Source: Candidatus Omnitrophota bacterium
Lineage (GTDB): Bacteria; Omnitrophota; Gorgyraeia; Aquiviventales; Aquiviventaceae
Length of the DNA: 64,000 nt
Direction of reading: 5' to 3'
NCBI GenBank assembly: GCA_016180575.1
Contig: JACPAY010000003.1
Span: forward strand, 106,154-170,153
The notes beneath the pieces are model-generated. The model ran no database searches. It was given only the letters and a program-made list of their open reading frames with translations, and was not told where the DNA came from. Each line of letters begins with the position of its first letter. Position 1 is the first letter of the stretch. A program made the position numbers and the translations under genes. This document shows, piece by piece, positions 54,801 through 63,800 of this stretch.

Positions 54801-57800
54801 CCTCGCTTGCGCTGCTCGGCCTGCCGCGCGGCCGTCGCGCCCGCCAGGCGCCGCCGCGCCTCCTCGACACGCGGGTGCCGATCCGCCGCCCGGCGGAGCA
54901 GGTCGACGGTCAGCTCCACCGGGGCGGCCTCCGCGGCCGGCTGAGCCGCCACCGCCTCGGCCCGCTCCGCTTCTCCCAACTCGATGCCGTACTTGATGGC
55001 GCGGACCCGCGCGGCGGCATAGGCCGCGCTGGCCTGGTGCCCCTGCGCCCTCGCCTCATCCAGTTCAGCCCTGGCGCGCGCCAGATCCTGCAGCGGCGCC
55101 GTGCCCAGATCAACCGCCCGCTGCTGCCGCTCCACCATCCGCTGGCGGAGCTCCGTCAGGCGCTCGCTCGTCCGCATCCGCGCCACGGCGGCCCGCAGCT
55201 GGTGGAGCGCCCCGGCGCGCTCCTGCTGCACCTGCATCTGCAGCGTCTCCAGGCGCTGCTGGGCCGCCTGCCAGTTTCCCTGCTGCTGCTCGATGGCGGC
55301 CTGGTCCCGGCTGCGCCATCGGAGGAACTGCCGGAAGACGTCGATGGAGATGGTGGCGAATCCCACCAGCGGGTTGGCCGCGGAGAGCCCCAGCCGAATC
55401 CGGGGATCGTTGTCGCCGCCCTGCCGGAGGAACGCGAGCAGCTCCTGCTGGACGGTGACGTCGCGCTCCAGCAGGGTCTGCAGGCGCGCGATCTCGAGGC
55501 TCTCGGCCCAGTCGCGCCGGCGCCCGGACGCGTCGGTGACGGCGATGTCCGCCTCGATCGCTTCGCGGGTCCACGTGCCGGGCAGCACGACCTCGTAGGC
55601 CGGATCGTGGCCCATCAGGAGGTTGTAGCGGACTTGGACGCTGGCGCGGTCATCCGTCGCCTGCCGATGATCCTGCTCGGCCTGGGCCAGCGCGCGCTGG
55701 GCGACAAGCCACGGCTCCTCGTCCAGGCGGCCTTCCCGGTACAGCCGCTCGGCCCCGTTAGCGGATTCCTTGGCCACGGCCAGGGCTTCGGCGCGGAGCG
55801 TCAGCTGCTCCTCCGCCGTCTGGAGCTCGTTGTACGCATAGATGGCCTGCTCGGTCACCACGCCGTCCACGACCTGCTCGTTGGCCCGGGCGTACTCGTG
55901 CAGCGCGCGGAAGTACCGGTTCGTGGCCTTGCCGAACCCGAGCCACTCGGAGGGAATGCGCAGCACGACGCCTCTCTGGTAGCCCGACTCGAAGAGGCTG
56001 GCCCCGAAGCGCGTGCCGGCGTTAAGGCGCTCCCGCTCGGCCTGTGCGCTCGCCGCGGCGCGCTCCGGCGCCCCGCGGCGGAAGCGCGCGACCGCCTCAT
56101 CCAAGGTGGTCGGTGGGGCCGCAGGCGGCGACCCGGCGGGCGTCGTGGAGGGTGCCGCGCGACCCCAGCGAACCGTGTCCAGCAGCGCCCCGAGATATCG
56201 GCCCACGCGCTCCGACTGCACCGAGAGGCGCGAGTCCTCGAACTCCTGGTAGAGCGCCACGAGCGCTTCAAACCGCCCGGCTCCATCGCCCTCTCGATAG
56301 CCGGCCCGGACGCGCGCCAGCAGCTGCTCCTCGAGGGCCTGCTGCCGCGGAAGGTCGGTCTGTAGATACTGCCTCCCCCGCTCGACGTCGTGCGACGCAA
56401 TCGCGCGCCGGATGTCCTGGTTGCGCACTGCCTGCTCGAAGAGGGCGCGCTGCCGCTTGGCATCGGCGCCCGCCGCCCGCGCTTGGCGCCAGGCGTCGAG
56501 GTCCGCCAGGGAGAGCCGCGCGGTGAACCCGAAGATGCGTCCCCCGGACAGCGCATAGCCGCCGGTGACCTCTCCTTGCGGGGAGAGCACTTCGGCCTTT
56601 AGCCAGTTCCGGATGGCCTCCGCCTCGTTGAGCTCGGTCCTGGCCAGGAGCGCATCCACACTCAGGCCATCCGGCCCGCCCGACTCGGCGATGAGGGCCC
56701 GCAGCGCCGACTCAAGCTCCTCGACGCTGGTGACCCCGACGCGCAGCTGCCGCTGCTCCGACGGATTCTCAAGGTCCAGGAGCCAGCCGAGCGCCGCCTG
56801 CGCTTCGGGCAAGTCGTAGCCTTGGAGGATGTCGCGCCGATGCGCCAGCGAGCGGCGCACGTCCGCCAGCTGCTCCAGCGCGTGCGGCGTGGCCCGGCCG
56901 CTCGCTGCCTTGTCCCGCGCGATGGCCTCGTCCTCGCCCAGCGAGCCGAGCAGCCGGTCTGTCTCCTGGAGCTGCAGCTCGATCTGCGCCAGCCGGCTGT
57001 AGGCGGCCAGGGTGCTCTCCACGCGGCCGGTGAGCGCCCAGACCAGCCGCTGGTCCGCCGTCGCCTGCTGGGCGGACTTGGCCTTGTAGGCGAAGACCTC
57101 ATCCGGGGTGAAGACGTGCGGGCTGAAGCCTCCGCTCACCACGATCCGGCCGCCCGCCACGTTGCGGATGGATTGCGCGCCGCCCGTGACCTTGAATTCA
57201 CGCAGCAGCCCGCGCCAACCGGCCAGTCCCTTCAGGACCTCGGCCCGCTCGCGTAGCGCGAGCGCCTGGTAGACCGCCTCGCCCGCCTCCGGCCTCATGG
57301 ACCGCGTCAGGCTCTGGCGCATCACCGAGCCGAGCGACAGGCGCCCCTGGGCGTCGCGGAGCTCGCCGGCCCCCGCGCTCACCCGCTCAATGAACGCCGT
57401 CGCGCGCTCGCGGGCGGCCCGTCCTGCGCCCGTCATCCCCTTCGGCCCCGCCTCATCCTGGAGGAGCCGCTCGATGGGAATCGTCACCGTCACGGTCGGC
57501 TGGTGGAAGGCCTGCCCCTCCCGCTGCCGGACGTATCGGTCGGCCACCTCGACGTTCAGGCCCCGCAGGCCGAGGAACCGCTCGATGCCGAGCCCCGCGT
57601 CCACGATGTCGGTCGTGCTGAAATCCGAATGGGCCTCGACCCGTGCCGTCACGCGCCCGTCGGCGAGGCTGACGTCGAACCGCACGTCCCCCGCTTGGCT
57701 CTTGGGACCCTTGGCAAAGCCGGCCTTGCTGTCGACCCGGACCGCCCCGAACGTCATCCGTTTGCCGAGCGCCGCCCCGACGGCAGTCTGGGGGGGCGCC

Positions 57801-60800
57801 TGCGCGAGATTCCCGGCATCGCCGCGCAGGTCGTTGACGAAGAGCTCGATGGTGAAGTCCTCTTTGATGCGCGTGGTGGCCTCGCGCAGGTTGAGCTCGA
57901 GACCCGCCTGCTGGAAGGTCCGCCAGAACCTGGCGCCCTCGGTGGACAGCCGCAGCGTCTGCGGGCCGTCCTGGAAGGGCCCGCGCGCGTCCCCGGCGAT
58001 GGCCGCCTCCCGCGTCACGTCGTTGAAGAAGTCGCGCGCCTCCACGCCGCCGAAGTCCAGGTTCAGCCGGCCCGCCTTGAACAGCCGGAGGTTGGTCCTG
58101 ATGCGCCCCCCGGTCGTGAGCGCGTCGCGGGTGAGATCGGTCAGGGCGAAATCCGCGAAGCCGACGGCCGAGACATACCACCGTTCCTCGCCCGCCTCGT
58201 CGAGCTTGACGAACGCATAGTGGTCGAAGAGCAGCATGCGCACGGGGGTGCCGTACACCTGCTCGAACATGGGCTGGCCGTCGGCGTCCCTGCGGCCCGA
58301 GTCCCGGAACTGCCGGTCGCCGATGATGCGCTCAAGGCCCGTCTGGTCGCGGACGCTGACCGACAGCATGTTGAGGCCGGGCGTCCCCATCCAGGTGAAG
58401 TCCGCGCCCCCGTAGCTCGTCCGGGCGCCGCCCGTCTCATCGGGGGCCTGGAGGTGGCCGACCCGGACGTCCACGTCGGCGCCGAGCAGCCGCAGCGCAT
58501 TCGCCACCGTGACCTCGGCGGCAGTGCGATCTCCCGCGGTGATGGCGGTGATGACATAGACGCCTTCGCGGACGCGGCCGTCGGCATCAACGTAGGGGCT
58601 GACCGCGCTGCCGTCGAGATCCAGGCGCTGCAGCAGCGCCGCGACCTGCTCGGAGGTCAGCGCCTCATCGATGGACCGGCGGAGCGATTCACGTTCTTGG
58701 GCGTCGAAGGAGCCCGCGGCCACGCTCTCGTGGAGGAAGCGCTTGAGACCGTCCAGGGACGCCACGACGCCCTGAGCATCGGCGCCCCCCTGCCCCTCGC
58801 GGGCCGCGAGCGACACCGGGCCCCGCGCGGGCACCTGGGCCAGGATCTCCTGGTCCTGGAGGCCGAGCCGGTCGCGCTCCTCGACCGCTCCCGGCCGCAG
58901 GGAGGCGGTGAGGTCCCGGGCGCGCGCATGCCGCGCCCGCGCCCGGTTGTAAAGCGCGAGCGTCCGCGCGACGTTGCGGCCCTCCAGGTCGGTGAAGCGG
59001 GCCAGCGATCGCTGGAGCTCATCCAGCACCCCGCGATCGCTTCCGTTCAACCGCTGCCTGAAGCCCGCGAGCTCGTTCAGGTCCTGCTGGATGCCGGTCT
59101 GCTGCGCCGCCAGCTCCGCCTGGTCGCTGCGGCCAGGGCGGGCCAACGCCTCGAGGACGGCGATGGCCCGGGTTGCGAAGCGCATCTGCGCGTCGGCCTC
59201 TTGCCGCAGGGCCTCAACGAACGCCTGGAGCTGTGCGTGCGTGGCCGCGCCACCTGCTTCAATCACCTGGCGGCGCAACGCGATGTTGCCTGACAGGGTC
59301 CCCGGCTGGTCGCCGGCTCCGATGAGCGCGAGCTCCTGTTCGAGCAATCCGAGCTGGTCCTCGATGACGCGGCGGCGCTCCGCCCCCAGCGCCGGGTCGT
59401 CCCGCTGCGCCTCCAGCGTCAGCCGGTCAGCCGGAATGCCCGTGTCGCGCCGGGCGATTAGGTCCCGCTCCTGCCGGTCGAGAATGCGCAACGCCTCCTC
59501 AGCCGTCTTGGCCGGCTCGCCCGTGTCCGGGTCCAACGGGAAGAGGACCTCGTCCAGCTTCTCGAAATTCGGGGCCTCCAGCGTGAACAGCTCCGCCGCG
59601 AGCTGGACGCGCTGCTCCAGGAAGCCATCGGTTTCCGATCCGCCTCGGGGGCCGACTTCCAGCGCAAGCAATGCGGCGAGCTCATCCACGAACCGCTGCC
59701 CATCATCCGCCGTCAGCACCCCGGTGTCGCGCAGGCGCTCGAGCAGCCGCAGCTGGACGCCCAGGACCGCCCCGCGCTGCCGCAGGATGTCCCGCTCCTC
59801 GACAGCGAGGAGGCCGAGCTGGCGCTGGCGGATCTGCCGCTCCTGCTGCTCTGCCGGCGCGCCGGAATCGGCCGCATCGTGCCGCCGCTGGGCGTAGGCG
59901 CGCTCGTCCGGGATGTTGTCGAGCTTGCCGGTTGCGGGATTCCGGTGCCCCGCCGTCTGCCGCTCGATGAGACCCTGCTGTTGGCGCTTGACGATCTCAA
60001 TCGCCTTGTGGACGTCCTCGCCGGCGCCCTCGGGGAATAACGGGACCTTGGCCCTCGCCAATTCCTCCTGCGCCCGCCTGGCCCTGACCACCGTGGCCTC
60101 GGCGGCCCGGAGGTCTTCCTCGGTGAGGCCGTCAGGGTTCCGGACGAGCCTCCCCACGCCCTCGAGGAGCGCGAGCGTCTCCTGCGCGCCGTCGAGCTTC
60201 TTCGAGGCATCGGCAATACCCTCCGTCCAGTCGCGCAGCGCGCCCTCGATCTCGTCCAGGCGGGCCTGGACGAACCGCCGGGCGGTGTCCGCGAGCCGCA
60301 GGTTCCGCTCGATGAGCAGGAGCGCGTGGGCGTCATGGATCCTGGCAGTGAACCCGCTCAGCAACCCGCCGCTGTGGAACTCCCGTCGGGCGCGGAGGAG
60401 CTCCGCCGCGGCCTGCTGCAGGAGCTGCTCCATGTTGTTCAGCTCCTGTAGGGCCTTCCGGTACGCGTCGATGCCGGGCGTGGCGGGTCGTTCCGCCTGG
60501 ATCGGTTCGGTTGGCGCCGCCTGGGCCGTGGGTTCAGCCGCGCCTTCAGCGGGGGCGCCGGTGCTCGGAGCGGTTTCCAGCGCGGCCCGAATCTTGGCGA
60601 TCCGGGCCTCGATTCCTTCGAGCCTCGCGCGGGCGGCCTGAACGTCCGTGAGGTCCTCGCCATGCCACGGGGCCGACTCAACAAGCCGGCCGAACAGGGC
60701 CAGATGCTCGTCAGTCACCTCGCCCTGTTGGACTTGCTGGAGCGCCTCGGCGAGCTGCGCGCGCGTGACGCCGAGCCGCTGCAGCCGCGCCTCCAGCAGT

Positions 60801-63800
60801 TCCCGAGGCCCGACCCGTTCCAGCTCCCGGCGCATCGCTTCCGTGAACGTGCTGACCGATGACCGGAGCTCGGGCCGCTCCAGCGAGAGACGCGGTGCGT
60901 CAGCCGTCCCGGCCTCTCGCGGGAGGATGGGCGCCACGCCGGCGAGCTCGGCGCGGAGCGCGGCCCCCATCGCCTGCCAGTGCCGCCGGGAGAGCGCGAG
61001 TTCCTCGTCGGTTTCGGCCCGGAAGAGCTCCGCGAGCTGCCGGCGCGCATCCCGGTCGGCGAAGAGCTCCTCGGCCTCGGCGAGCGGTCCCAGCGCGATC
61101 AACAGCACGGCGGGCAGCTCCTCCGCAAGTTCCGGTGACACGCGCAATCCCAGCGCCTCGTTCCCCTGGAGGACCGAGCCCCGGACGGCCCGGACGATCG
61201 AGAGCCCGGCCACCACCTCCTGCTCCCCTTGAGGGCTCCGCAGCGTCACGCGATGGTCCGTCTCTTTCGGATCCCACGCGACGTCGACTACGGTCCAGCC
61301 GCGCCGCGCGGCGGTCGCCGGAACCTCCTCGTAGAACGCCTGCAGGCCCGTGAGCTGATGGACGGCCGCGTTCAGCCGCGCTCGCGCGCGCTCCAGCCCG
61401 GCCTCGGCATCGATGCGCATCCTGGAGAGCTCGTCCTTCGCATCCTCCGTCAGCCGGGCATCCCGCTTGCCGAGCGCGGCGGCGCGGACGGCGGCTTGGG
61501 CGCGCGTCACCTCGGCCTGCCGCTGGGCGACCGCCCCCTGGGTCGCCTCGAACACCGCGCGGAGCGCCGAGCCGGCCGGAGGCGGCGTCAGGCCGAGGCG
61601 CTGGAGCGACGCCAGCTCAACGACCCGGCGGCGCTCGGCATCGTCCAGGAACTGCCGCGCCGCGCGCCAGCGGGCGTGGGCGTCGGCGAGCGACATCCCC
61701 AGGAACGCCTCCTGTTCGCGCTCCCAAGATTCCCGGAGCGGCCGCTGGCGATCCATGAACGCAAGGATGGCGTTGATGGCGTCGGCCTTCTGCCGCTCCG
61801 CCGCGGACGCGGCGGCTGGCTGGTTGGATTGGGCGGGCTGCCGCTCCGTCTGCGCCGGCACCCGCTCGGCGACCGGTGCCAGGTCGCGCGTCTCGATTCC
61901 GACCGGCGGCTTCGGTGACGGAACCGCGAACGCCCGCCGAGCCCGGGCGCCGAACCGCGCCGCATCCTCAGGCCGTGCCGCCCGTACCCGGTCCGGGTGA
62001 TCCTGCGGCACGCTCCGGTTGAAATACGTCGGCTGGCTGCCGAGCGCCCCGATGAACAGTCCCTCCTGCTTGCCGTCAGCATGGGTGATGGTGAAGAGCT
62101 GCCCCGCCGGCCGGCCCCGATAGAAGAGCGGCGTGGGTGCGACCTCCCTCACCGGCTGCTCCGCAGCAGGCGCAAGGTCGCGGCTCTGGATCGCGGACTC
62201 AACCGGCCGCGCGACTGGAGGCTGCGCCGGAGCTGCTGGACGATCCTCCTGCGGCCCCATCCCGCGAGGTGGCGCAGGGGCAGCCGGCGCCGGCTGTGTC
62301 TGTCGTGGCCCCGCCTGTGCCCGGGGGGCCCCCTCGGCGGACGGCGCTGGCGGCGGCGCGGCGGTCGCATCGGTGACGCCGGCAGGCGCCGCCGGCATCC
62401 CCGGCATGGGAACAGCTCGGTTATCGGTCACCACCGCGTCCAGCTGAATCCATGGGCGGCCGGGTACAGGCGGCGGCTCGGCAAGGCGCACCTCGGTGAT
62501 CTCGGTCGTGACGGCCGGCACCGGCTCGCGGGCCGGCCCGCGTCGATCGTCCTGGTCGGGGCCAGCGCCCGCGATTGGCGGAGCGACGAGCGGCGTCACC
62601 CTGCCCGCATACGTCGCCACCCCCTCCGGCCCGGGCCCTGGACCCGGCCCGGGGCCGCCGCCCGCACCGTCCGCGGCCGGCTGCCCCACGCCAGCTGCCG
62701 TCGCTGCCCTCTGCGCCCCAAGGTCTCTCTCGAGCCGTCCAGGCTCCGGGAGTTCTCCCAGAGGTCCGCTCGAGCGCTCCCATCTCGCCAGCGTCGCCAC
62801 AGCTTCCTCATCCCCCAGCGCCGCCCTCGTTTCGAGCAGCGCCCGCTCCGCCTGCCCCCTCGCCTCAGGCGCCGCATGGGGGTCGGTCAGCGTCCGCTCC
62901 CAGGAAGCGTGCTGCATGAATTGGGCGGTGGAGAGCGCGGCCAGCGACCCCGGCGCAAGCCACTGGAAGATGGCATCGGACGGGTTGATCCCGAAGGGCG
63001 CCAGCACCGCCCCGAGGATGTTCGAGAAGGCCATCACGCCCTGCTCGGTGCTCTCGATGCTCAGCGCGGGCGCCCCCACCCACCCAAGCGCGAGCGCCGC
63101 CTTGCTGATCACGAGGATCTCCAGCCCGAGGAGCGCCATGCCGGAGGCGGCGTGCGCGAAGTCATGGCGGAGCTCCCGGCGGTCCTCCCCGGATGCGCGC
63201 AGGTAGCGCAGCAGCATCTTTGGCTGGAAGAGGAACTGCAGGACGGTCACGGTCGCAAAGGCGGTCAGCCAGTTGCCCGGGGTGAAGGCCTGCACCACTT
63301 CGTGCTCGCGGGTCAGCACCTCCACCGGGCTCATGGACAGGATCGCGCTCACGACGCGCACCGCGTCCTCCCCTGAGAAGAACAGGCTCGTGACCCACAC
63401 CAGCGGAACCAGCACAAACAGCGCCTGAGCGATCCCGCCGGCAAGGAAGAGCCGGCCGCGCGTCCAGAAAATCTCGCCCATGGCCTTGACGGGCGCCGTC
63501 AGCAGCTGCCCGGCGGTGGCCTCCGGCGTGAGATGCTTCGTGTACTGCCCGATCGCGAAGTTGTGCATGATCCGGTACAGCCCGTGGGCCAGGCTGAACG
63601 GCGCGAGAGCCAGGAGCCGCCCCGCCGAGGCCTCGGGGTGCCGCGCCGGCAGGTTAACGGCCATCTCGTAAAGCTCATCGAGGAAGCCGAACCACCGCAT
63701 GACCACCAGGAGCAGGAGCGTCCCCACGGCCATGCCCACCGTCGCCGCGCTCACGCCCGCCGCGGCCACCGCCCAGCCAAGGAGCAGCGTCCCTGCAGCG

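Noticed and set aside
51587-56365. 1,592-aa + strand ORF
   Set aside because: Antisense shadow of the helical/TolC-like part of ORF1. It is extremely Arg/Pro/Gly/Leu-rich with no family signature.
62628-62658. GPGPGPGPGP run, considered as a slippage-prone microsatellite or collagen-like repeat
   Set aside because: The codons differ (ccc ggg ccg ggt cca ggg ccc ggg ccg), so it is not a perfect DNA repeat. It is too short and lacks G-X-Y periodicity for collagen.
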